DNA of 17,404 nt from Candidatus Babeliales bacterium (GTDB lineage Bacteria > Babelota > Babeliae > Babelales > Vermiphilaceae), in assembly GCA_044451405.1 (NCBI GenBank), contig JBIOKB010000020.1:1-17404 (forward strand). Direction: 5' to 3'. Every line of letters begins with the position of its first letter. Within the stretch, counting starts at the first letter, position 1. Shown here piece by piece: positions 1 through 6,929 of this stretch. The notes beneath the pieces are model-generated. The model did no database searches. It was not told where the DNA came from and worked only from the letters and a program-made list of their open reading frames with translations. The translations under genes were made by a program, and so were the position numbers.

Positions 1-17
1 ATACTGAGGAAAAATAC

Positions 18-734
18 ATGAACATCTTATCTGTAAAACTTGGCTATATCAGCTTATTATTATTGAGTATTCCTTTATTTTCCGCTGAGGTAGAAAGCAA
101 AACTGAAAGTCCAAAAGATACGTTTGTTCGTTTGGCTGGTTTTGTTTCTAAAGGAAACATTGAGAATATCGACAGATTAATTACAGAACAGAGTAAGAAT
201 CTACAAACCGATAGTGGCATGAGCTTGTTACATTATGCAGTATTAATTGAAGATTCAGAAAAACGTGTAGCGACAGTACAGTGCCTTCTTTCTCATAACG
301 TTGCGGTAAATCTTATTACAGCAAAAAGCACCCCACTTGATATTGCAGAATTTAGTTGTGGTGATTTCGTCAAAGAAATAATCATAAAAGCAGGTGGTAA
401 AAAATATGGCGAATTAGAAGTACCACAACTCGTACAATCAGGCGTATCAAAAAAACAATTGGTTAAAGATTTTCAACAGCAATTTGACGATGAAACTGGT
501 ATTTCTGCTTTAACAAAGCAATTGATCTCTTCTGCCAAAACAGAGGAAGATGCCATAGCCTTATGCAAAGCGTATATACAACGTTCTGCTAAAACTAAAT
601 TTGGTACGTTTATGTATCAAAATTGCGCACAAGATGCTTTGGGCGCATGGGCCCGAGCAACAGGTAATAAAAAACCAAGTCTGATGGCTTTGGATAATTC
701 TGATTCGGAATCATCAGAAGAAGATGAGATATAA
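18..734 (+). CDS. Secreted ankyrin-repeat protein (candidate host-interaction protein)
   Basis: GAGG SD just upstream. N-terminal signal peptide (MNILSVKLGYISLLLLSIPLFSA). Ankyrin-like motifs GMSLLHYAV...VQCLLSHNVAVN and STPLDIA...IIKAGG. Acidic Ser-rich tail DNSDSESSEEDEI. Confidence 0.75.
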   Translation: MNILSVKLGYISLLLLSIPLFSAEVESKTESPKDTFVRLAGFVSKGNIENIDRLITEQSKNLQTDSGMSLLHYAVLIEDSEKRVATVQCLLSHNVAVNLITAKSTPLDIAEFSCGDFVKEIIIKAGGKKYGELEVPQLVQSGVSKKQLVKDFQQQFDDETGISALTKQLISSAKTEEDAIALCKAYIQRSAKTKFGTFMYQNCAQDALGAWARATGNKKPSLMALDNSDSESSEEDEI

Positions 735-746
735 ACGGGAATAAAG

Positions 747-2060
747 CTATCCAGTTTTTCTACAGAAAAATCGTACTGGTACGCCTACCAGATCATAGTG
801 CTTGCGCATCATATTCTCAAAAAATCCAAGCTGTGTTGGCCCGAACCATTTTGGTTCATTAACAATAAGTAAAATAGTTATGGGACCAGTTGCCACTTGT
901 TTAGCTGCACGCAGTGCAAGGACATGGCTTTGATGATACAGTGGCTTATGAACAAGTGCATCTTTAAAGAGCATGGTTAGATCATCATTTTCAAGCTGCT
1001 GGGTATACCGCTTCCATACCGTTTCAACCAGTGGCATAACTTTGCCGACATTTTTACCGGTTTTACACGATATATCAAGACACGCAACCTTTTTCATGAG
1101 AAATTCATACTCATCAAGACTGCGTTCCATATCGCCTTTACTGAAATCGGTTGCAAGATCTTGCTTGTTAAATAAGATGATAAGCGCTTTATGATGTTCA
1201 AATGCATAAAAAGCTAATTTTAATTCTTGATCAGACAGTTTACCTTCAGCTGCATCAACTAAAAGCAAAATAACGTTTGCATCTTCAACAGCACGGAGCG
1301 AACTTTTAACCATCATTGTTTCAAGTTCTTCAGTAACGCCACGCTTTCTACGTACCCCTGCCGTATCAGTTAATTCAATATCGGCACGATTAAACGTAAT
1401 GCGTTCAGAAATCGCTTCCCGTGTAGTTCCTGGTATATCAGCAACAATGGAGCGCTCTTGCTTTAATAACAGATTCATCAATGATGATTTACCAACATTT
1501 GGCTTACCAAGCAGTACTACTTTGCACATCAGTTCTGATTCATCCTGCTGCTTAGTTACTGGTACCATTGCGGTTAAGAGCTCAAGAAGATCGGCAGTAC
1601 CAGAACCATGTTGCGCTGAAAGCTGTACCTGATGGGTAAAACCAAGACGTTCAAATTCAAATAAATGTTCTTGTGATTGTTTATTATCAATTTTGTTAAC
1701 AACTAAGATAACTTTGTTACCCTGTTTGCGCAGCATGCGTGCAAGTTCTTGGTCTTCAGTTACTACGCCGGCTTTTGCATCAACAACAAAGAGTATTACC
1801 GTCGCTTTTTCTAGCAATGCTAACGCACGCTCACGCACTTGCGCTAAAATTGGATCCTGTGTTTTTCGCAAGCTAATACCGCCGGTATCACACAGTTCAA
1901 AGGTACGATCATTCCAGGAAATAACATCTTTAATAACATCACGGGTCACCCCATGATAATCAAGCGTTAAACTTTTAGCGTCAACTGATAAGCGATTAAA
2001 TAAGGTAGATTTACCAACGTTGGTACGTCCAACAAGCACTACTAAGGGATAGGTGTTCAT
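747..2060 (-). CDS. der: Ribosome biogenesis GTPase Der (EngA)
   Basis: Two tandem GTPase domains (GRTNVGKS/DTGG/NKID and GKPNVGKS/DTAG/NKQD), GVTRD and GTTRE switch motifs, KH-like C-terminus. Confidence 0.97.
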   Translation of the reverse strand: MNTYPLVVLVGRTNVGKSTLFNRLSVDAKSLTLDYHGVTRDVIKDVISWNDRTFELCDTGGISLRKTQDPILAQVRERALALLEKATVILFVVDAKAGVVTEDQELARMLRKQGNKVILVVNKIDNKQSQEHLFEFERLGFTHQVQLSAQHGSGTADLLELLTAMVPVTKQQDESELMCKVVLLGKPNVGKSSLMNLLLKQERSIVADIPGTTREAISERITFNRADIELTDTAGVRRKRGVTEELETMMVKSSLRAVEDANVILLLVDAAEGKLSDQELKLAFYAFEHHKALIILFNKQDLATDFSKGDMERSLDEYEFLMKKVACLDISCKTGKNVGKVMPLVETVWKRYTQQLENDDLTMLFKDALVHKPLYHQSHVLALRAAKQVATGPITILLIVNEPKWFGPTQLGFFENMMRKHYDLVGVPVRFFCRKTG

Positions 2061-2063
2061 AAT

Positions 2064-3809
2064 TTATTCTCGTACTTCAGTTATCGTGCCGGGGAAATAC
2101 CGTAACAGCATGTGTGCTGTGGCAAATTGTTTGGTATCAGAGATATCAACAGTAGGGCCGTGGGATGGAGATGGTAAGTGCGCGGCTCTTTTTTGATAAA
2201 ATGGTTGTTTTTCAAATGCGGGGCGTTGCTGCACTGGCTTAGGCGTTGGTGTGGTTACTGCGCTTTTTTGCACCTCTATAACAGCAGGTGCTTTTTCTTC
2301 TTTAGTAGACGTGGTCGTATTAAATAAGGGAATTAGTGTAGCAGTCGTGCCAAATACACCCTGCAGATGCGGCATCCAGTTATTCTGATTTTCAATCATC
2401 CAATCATTAAAAAAGGCAACGTCTTTGGGAAATTCAACGCTAACAGCACCTGTTGATGCATCAACCTGCACTACACGCCCCTGTTTAAAGAGCGTTAAGA
2501 GCAACGGATCTTTTAATGTTGCTACATGAGAAACAAAGATAACCCATTGTGATGCATAATCATCTTCAATAATTTCTTCTTCGTCTTCGTTCTCATCCTG
2601 ATCATCATCTTCGACTTGATCATCATCGATAACAATAACATCTTCTTCAGTAATAGGTGTTGCTGATTGCGGTACTGATGCTGGTCCAGCTGAATCAGAT
2701 CCATTATTATATTTATAGCAGAGTTGTAATAAGATCATTTCAAATAATGCATGTTGCGCTGTTGTTTTTAAAAACACTGCCTCATGTTCATAGAGTTGGT
2801 CAAGGAAATCATTGAGTTGAAGCCACGAACACGATTGCACAATACGTTTTATTTCTGCTGCATGTTCCACAAACTGTTCTGATGCTACGCCATGCTTTGC
2901 CCACAGAGCGGTGCGTGCAAGTTCTGCAAAACGATTCCATATGATAGGAGCCGCGTATGATTCAAGATGGAGCTTTTTGAACGCAGCAATCAACTGTGCT
3001 GGTGCAACGGTAAGCACCATGGCAAACAGCTTAATTAATTGCGCATCATCAATATACCCAAGCACCTTAAGTACCGAAAGCTTGGTAACGGAAGTGCTTG
3101 AAAAGCGTACTTGCTCAAGCACGTTAATGGCATCACGCGCTGATCCTTCACTTTCTTGCGCTATGAGTTTTAACCCTTCTACATCGTAGGGAATATTTTC
3201 TGTTGCACAGAGCATCGTTAAATGATCGACTAAGCTTGATGAACCAATAGGTTTAAAGAGCAATTGGAAACAGCGGGATTTTACCGTTTCTATAATTTTA
3301 TGTGCATCAGTTGTTGCTAAAATAAATACTACAGACAATGGCGGCTCTTCCAATATTTTAAGCAAGGCATTGAATGATGCTTTACTTAACATATGAGCTT
3401 CATCAATAAGATAGATTTTTTTATTACCCATGATAGGCAACAACGTTGCAGAATCTATAATAGTGCGAATATGATCAACGCCCGTATGAGACGCCGCATC
3501 GATTTCAAAAAAATCTGGATGTCTACCCGCACGCATTGCTTGGCATGATTGGCAGGTTAAACACGGCAATGGAGATGTTTTAGGGTGCTGTCTAAAATCA
3601 GCAAGATGCTGACAATTAATAGCAGCAGAAAATATACGCGCCGTACTTGTTTTTCCACACCCACGCTGGCCAGAAAAAAGATATACAGGAAAAAATTGAT
3701 TTAAATAGAGACTGTTTTTAAGCATGCGCACGGAAAGATCTTGACCTATAATTTCATCGAAATTTTTAGATCGCCACTTACGCGCTAAATTCACCGGCAC
3801 CGTATTCAT
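2064..3809 (-). CDS. dnaX: DNA polymerase III subunit gamma/tau
   Basis: LARKWRSKNFDEIIGQ N-terminus, Walker A GQRGCGKT, Cys4 zinc motif (C..PCLTCQSC), EIDAAS, DEAHML, SRC motif. Lies downstream of ffs as is common. Confidence 0.96.
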   Translation of the reverse strand: MNTVPVNLARKWRSKNFDEIIGQDLSVRMLKNSLYLNQFFPVYLFSGQRGCGKTSTARIFSAAINCQHLADFRQHPKTSPLPCLTCQSCQAMRAGRHPDFFEIDAASHTGVDHIRTIIDSATLLPIMGNKKIYLIDEAHMLSKASFNALLKILEEPPLSVVFILATTDAHKIIETVKSRCFQLLFKPIGSSSLVDHLTMLCATENIPYDVEGLKLIAQESEGSARDAINVLEQVRFSSTSVTKLSVLKVLGYIDDAQLIKLFAMVLTVAPAQLIAAFKKLHLESYAAPIIWNRFAELARTALWAKHGVASEQFVEHAAEIKRIVQSCSWLQLNDFLDQLYEHEAVFLKTTAQHALFEMILLQLCYKYNNGSDSAGPASVPQSATPITEEDVIVIDDDQVEDDDQDENEDEEEIIEDDYASQWVIFVSHVATLKDPLLLTLFKQGRVVQVDASTGAVSVEFPKDVAFFNDWMIENQNNWMPHLQGVFGTTATLIPLFNTTTSTKEEKAPAVIEVQKSAVTTPTPKPVQQRPAFEKQPFYQKRAAHLPSPSHGPTVDISDTKQFATAHMLLRYFPGTITEVRE

Positions 3810-3890
3810 TGATAACTCAAGTATTTATGGCACTTATTTTCTTATTAAAGCTTTCACTATCTTTTACTGCTCTTCCTCCTTATGTAGACA

Positions 3891-3978
3891 GGGGGAAGTA
3901 CATACAAGAATTGTATTACCCCTGCTGCTTCCTCTCGGACCTGACATAGTAAGTAAGAATTCCTTATCTACTTCCCCC
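3891..3978 (-). ncRNA. ffs: Small-type signal recognition particle RNA (4.5S)
   Basis: Reverse complement reads GGGGGAAGTA...TGTCAGGTCCGAGAGGAAGCAGCA...TACTTCCCCC: terminal 10-bp stem plus helix-8 motif CAGG/AGCAG with a GNRA (GAGA) tetraloop. Sits between tRNA-Ser and dnaX. Confidence 0.93.
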
Positions 3979-4006
3979 AAAGTTATTCGAGCCTAGGACC
4001 TCAGAC

Positions 4007-4064
4007 TGCCCACTCGTCGCCTTCGATAGAATAACTACGAAGCTTTACTTGGCTATGAGGGGCA
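4007..4064 (-). repeat. Palindromic element copy A (3x3 internal-loop family)
   Basis: Minus strand TGCCC-CTC-ATA-GCC-[29 nt containing CTTCGTAG/CTATCGAAG hairpin]-GGC-GAC-GAG-T-GGGCA; same architecture as copy B. Confidence 0.65.
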
Positions 4065-4066
4065 CA

Positions 4067-4157
4067 AATCTACGCCTTAGTCATTCATCAAAGAGACTGG
4101 CGAAGCCGATCGTAGCCCAACTTCACTTCAAAGCTTTTCCCGATGCAGGCGTAGATT
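4067..4157. repeat. Structured element D closed by an 11-bp perfect inverted repeat, abutting the tRNA 3' end
   Basis: AATCTACGCCT (4067-4077) / AGGCGTAGATT (4147-4157). Internal AGTC/GACT and ATCG/CGAT stems, plus GGCGAAG and CGTAGCC half-motifs. Confidence 0.55.
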
Positions 4158-4248
4158 GGTGGAGAGAGAGGGATTCGAACCCTCGATGCCCTTTTACAGA
4201 CATACACGATTTCCAATCATGCTCTTTCGACCACTCAGACACCTCTCC
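4157..4248 (-). tRNA. tRNA-Ser(GGA), long variable arm, encoded CCA
   Basis: GGAGAGG acceptor stem, D-arm GAGTGGTCGAA, anticodon arm CATGA-TTGGAAA-TCGTG, variable arm ATGTCT/GGGCAT, T-arm GAGGG-TTCGAAT-CCCTC, 3' end ACCA. Confidence 0.97.
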
Positions 4249-4280
4249 CAAGTTTCTTAGAGCTGCTCTCGCTTATTTAG

Positions 4281-4338
4281 CCCATCCTTCGCTCTTGCTA
4301 ACGAAGTAAAACCTCAGGAAGCATTAAGCTTCGGAGGG
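4281..4338 (-). repeat. Palindromic element copy B, overlapping the rpsB 3' end and stop codon
   Basis: Minus strand CCC-TCC-GAA-GCT-[TAA TGCT...GAGGT TTT ACTTC...AGCA AG]-AGC-GAA-GGA-T-GGG. Confidence 0.7.
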
Positions 4339-5238
4339 TTTCACTGGCTTAGCTTTTGCTTTCTTAGGCTCAGCCGTGTCCGCCGGAGTCTTGACGAAGG
4401 AGGATTCTGAACTTTCAGTTGCAACTTTTCTAGGTTTTTCAACTGCAGCTGAAGTTGTTTTTACTTCAGCTCGCTCATCATGGGTTTTCGTTTCTTTAGC
4501 AGGTTCTTTTTTCTTCTCTACTGCAGCCTTTGTCTTTTTTTCTTCAGCTGCTGCAGCTGCTTCTTCTTGTCCTTTGCGTACCGCTTGACCAAGATAATCA
4601 ATAACTAATTTAACAGAACGTGGTGCATCATCATTAGCAGGAATAACATAATCAACCATTGAAGGGTCACCATTGGTATCAACCATAGCAACTACGGGAA
4701 TACCCATACGAGCCGCTTCTTTTAACGCTGATTGTTCCTTGATAACATCAACAAGTACAATCGCTCCTACTGGCCAATTTAAGTGGCGAATACCACCAAC
4801 GTTCTTTTGTAACCGATCAACCATTTTTTGAAAGATTGCAAATTCTTTTTTGGTATAGTGAGGAAACTTTTCTGCTTTAGCAATAATATCTTCATGGTGC
4901 AGCAACTTAGTAACTGATTTTCTTACCTGAGAATTATTGCTTAACGAACCACCAATCCATCGATGATTAACATAGGGCTGATTCAAACCGGTTGCAGTAC
5001 TAAATATAGATTCTTGTGCAGCCTTTTTAGTACCAATCCATAAAATCTGCTTGCCTTGCGCCGCAATTGATTGTAAAAACTGCGCCGCCTTTTCAAGCTG
5101 TAGTGCTGTTTTTGATACATCAATTAAATGGGTGTTATTTTTAAAGCCCCAGATATAGGGAGCCATTTTAGGGCACCAACGGGTTTTTTGATGGCCAAAG
5201 TGAACGCCTGCCTTAACCAGTGTTCTAAAATCTATCAT
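4324..5238 (-). CDS. rpsB: 30S ribosomal protein S2 with a long charged C-terminal extension
   Basis: AGVHFGHQKTRWCPKM, GTKK, NHRWIGGSLSN, VDTN, IPANDDAPRS motifs. Confidence 0.98.
   Translation of the reverse strand: MIDFRTLVKAGVHFGHQKTRWCPKMAPYIWGFKNNTHLIDVSKTALQLEKAAQFLQSIAAQGKQILWIGTKKAAQESIFSTATGLNQPYVNHRWIGGSLSNNSQVRKSVTKLLHHEDIIAKAEKFPHYTKKEFAIFQKMVDRLQKNVGGIRHLNWPVGAIVLVDVIKEQSALKEAARMGIPVVAMVDTNGDPSMVDYVIPANDDAPRSVKLVIDYLGQAVRKGQEEAAAAAEEKKTKAAVEKKKEPAKETKTHDERAEVKTTSAAVEKPRKVATESSESSFVKTPADTAEPKKAKAKPVKPSEA
4379..4404 (+). repeat. Palindromic element copy C, minimal form, in frame inside rpsB
   Basis: TCC-G-CC-GGA-GTC-TT-GAC-GAA-GG-A-GGA; read on the minus strand it encodes SSFVKTPA(D). 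Confidence 0.65.
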
Positions 5239-5246
5239 TGAGTAAT

Positions 5247-5320
5247 CCTTATAAGGGTTATATCTATTGCTCTCTGGGTTTGATAGGGGACCCTATCAAG
5301 TACCACCCTTTATGGAGCAA
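5247..5320 (-). promoter_or_regulatory. rpsB 5' leader structure, candidate S2 autoregulatory element
   Basis: TTGCTC/GAGCAA outer stem, TTGATAGGG/CCCTATCAA inner hairpin, GGGT segment, downstream ATAACCC. The CCTTATAAGG palindrome overlaps the AAGGA SD. Confidence 0.55.
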
Positions 5321-5345
5321 GATTGGTTATAAAAACAGTGATTAA

Positions 5346-5373
5346 ATTCTAACAAACTAGCGTAAAAACGCAA
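5346..5373 (-). promoter_or_regulatory. Putative sigma70 promoter for rpsB (extended -10)
   Basis: TTGCGT-N16-TAGAAT with TG at the extended -10 position (TGT TAGAAT). Confidence 0.55.
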
Positions 5374-5377
5374 TGAT

Positions 5378-6787
5378 TTACGCCTCTACCTTATCAATCC
5401 CAATTACCTCATTACGTGCCACTGCCCGCTCAAACCGTCGGCCCAGTAACCAGGCGGTCAATATCCAACACCCTATGATAGAGGCAAAGAGTATAGAGTG
5501 GGATACTACCCATAACGCTGGCCCCATCCACTCGATAAAAAGATTAAAGGCTGAGCCACCGGACTTAGCAAGTTTGCTTCCAAAAGCATCAACCCAGGAC
5601 TTTGATTTAAACTTAATCTCTTTAATCGTTGGAATATAGAGGCTTTCCCGTAATGGCCAACTAAAGGCATAATTAATTGATCTAAACATTACAAATACAA
5701 TTTGTAATGCTGCAGAAGTACTTGAACTGAGCATAAAATAGAGTAACGCCAAGCCACTCGTTAATGGGATAAGCATAAGACAGCGACGGGTACCTAATTT
5801 ATTAAAGAGTGCAGTTGTACCAAAATATGAGATAAAAATCCCAACAAAATGCGCCATAAAGGCAATTTCAAGGAGATAGGCTAACGCCTCTGACATTGAA
5901 TTTGCTCCTGATTGCGCTTCTGCAATCGTTAAGTAACTCAGCACAGTGGCTAATACTTCATAGAAAAAGGACATACCAAAAATACCCATCACATATGGAT
6001 ATTTAAAAAGTAGCTTTAACCCAGAAAACATACCTGTTTCAACACTCTTTTTGTGCTTTTCTGCTTGGTATGCCGCCTCATAACCATGTAAAAACTTGGC
6101 CGGTATTTTTTTGACCATGAAGAAAATAATAATTGGTACCATAAACAACAGTACCGATGAAAGAATTAACAGAACTTGATGATTATGCAAATCAGTTATA
6201 CAGGGATCCCCATTATTAAAGAAATCATAGCGGAGCATAATCCAGGCAAGACCAGCCGTTAACATACCACCCAGCTTAGATCCTGATACCATGCGTCCAT
6301 AATTTTTACGGGCACTCTCAGGAGAATTTACCGAGTTAGCAAACGCCCAACAAACGCTTACGACAAATGGCGTACATCCTTCAATAAAAAAGTAAAATAA
6401 CCAACCAATCAATCGATAGGGACTGGTATGCGCATTAGGAATCCCAATTTCAGGGTGCCCTAAATAGTAGGCAAATAATAACCCAAAAACTGCGTAAAAT
6501 AAGCTATAAAAACAAAGAAGCTGATACCGCTTTACTCTATCTACCAACTTTGAATAGAATAGGATAGCGGGAACTAATGCTATCATTACAAGAACGCGTG
6601 CTAATGGAATATATTCCCGTCCCACCGTATATGAAAAAACTGAATTTTTTATTTCTTTGGTGACCGTATATGCTCCGATAACGCAGAAAAAGGCACAACT
6701 TAAATAGAGTAACTTTAATGTATCATATCGATCTTCTTGCTGAAGATCGCGCTCTGTATGCATCATGGTATGATCTGACCCCATCAT
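5378..6787 (-). CDS. Npt/TLC-family nucleotide (ATP/ADP) translocase, paralog 2
   Basis: Multi-TM MFS-type protein with motifs TKEIKNS, FFIEG...WAFANSVN, SINYAFSWPLRESLYIP, KSKSWVDAFGSKLAKSGGS. Start moved from GTG 6868 (inside a hairpin loop) to ATG 6787, which follows AAGGGA. Confidence 0.88.
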   Translation of the reverse strand: MMGSDHTMMHTERDLQQEDRYDTLKLLYLSCAFFCVIGAYTVTKEIKNSVFSYTVGREYIPLARVLVMIALVPAILFYSKLVDRVKRYQLLCFYSLFYAVFGLLFAYYLGHPEIGIPNAHTSPYRLIGWLFYFFIEGCTPFVVSVCWAFANSVNSPESARKNYGRMVSGSKLGGMLTAGLAWIMLRYDFFNNGDPCITDLHNHQVLLILSSVLLFMVPIIIFFMVKKIPAKFLHGYEAAYQAEKHKKSVETGMFSGLKLLFKYPYVMGIFGMSFFYEVLATVLSYLTIAEAQSGANSMSEALAYLLEIAFMAHFVGIFISYFGTTALFNKLGTRRCLMLIPLTSGLALLYFMLSSSTSAALQIVFVMFRSINYAFSWPLRESLYIPTIKEIKFKSKSWVDAFGSKLAKSGGSAFNLFIEWMGPALWVVSHSILFASIIGCWILTAWLLGRRFERAVARNEVIGIDKVEA

Positions 6788-6846
6788 TGACGTGTTCCCT
6801 TTACGTGAAGCGGTTATATATTGCGCGCATGGCGCGCTATTTGATA

Positions 6847-6887
6847 AAAGTGGCCTTCTAAAACTCACTATATTAGAAGGCCACTTT
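6847..6887 (-). terminator. 15-bp perfect inverted repeat between the two translocase genes (terminator or mRNA-stabilising hairpin)
   Basis: AAAGTGGCCTTCTAA (6847-6861) / TTAGAAGGCCACTTT (6873-6887); only a short T run on the minus strand. Confidence 0.5.
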
Positions 6888-6929
6888 ATCTATCTCTTTT
6901 GCTGGCATAAGCCAGTTGCTATAAATAAA

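Noticed and set aside
2187-2272. A6G runs in dnaX as a possible -1 frameshift site for gamma
   Set aside because: They read CAA AAA AGA/AGC, not the A AAA AAG phase required, and lie too near the C-terminus.
973-3189. Short ORFs at 973, 1399, 1693, 2522 and 2911 within der/dnaX
   Set aside because: Antisense or off-frame shadows of well-supported genes, with no recognisable motifs.
3835-3882. Perfect AAGGAGG SD after ffs with a mini-ORF (GTG...KALIRK)
   Set aside because: The SD is about 17 nt from the nearest start codon and far from the dnaX ATG; no support for translation.
3981-4036. AGTTATTC/GAATAACT 8-bp inverted repeat
   Set aside because: Competes with the better supported element A fold; a short AT-rich match may be chance.
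3979-4156. Possible Alu domain of a large (Bacillus-type) SRP RNA
   Set aside because: No Alu consensus recognised and no pairing with sequence 3' of ffs; the region is better explained by the palindromic elements.
4049-4309. 86-aa ORF on the + strand
   Set aside because: Antisense translation of tRNA-Ser (typical WWRERDSNP artefact).
6788-6868. N-terminal extension of translocase 2 from GTG 6868
   Set aside because: The start lies in the loop of a 15-bp hairpin; ATG 6787 has an SD-like AAGGGA.
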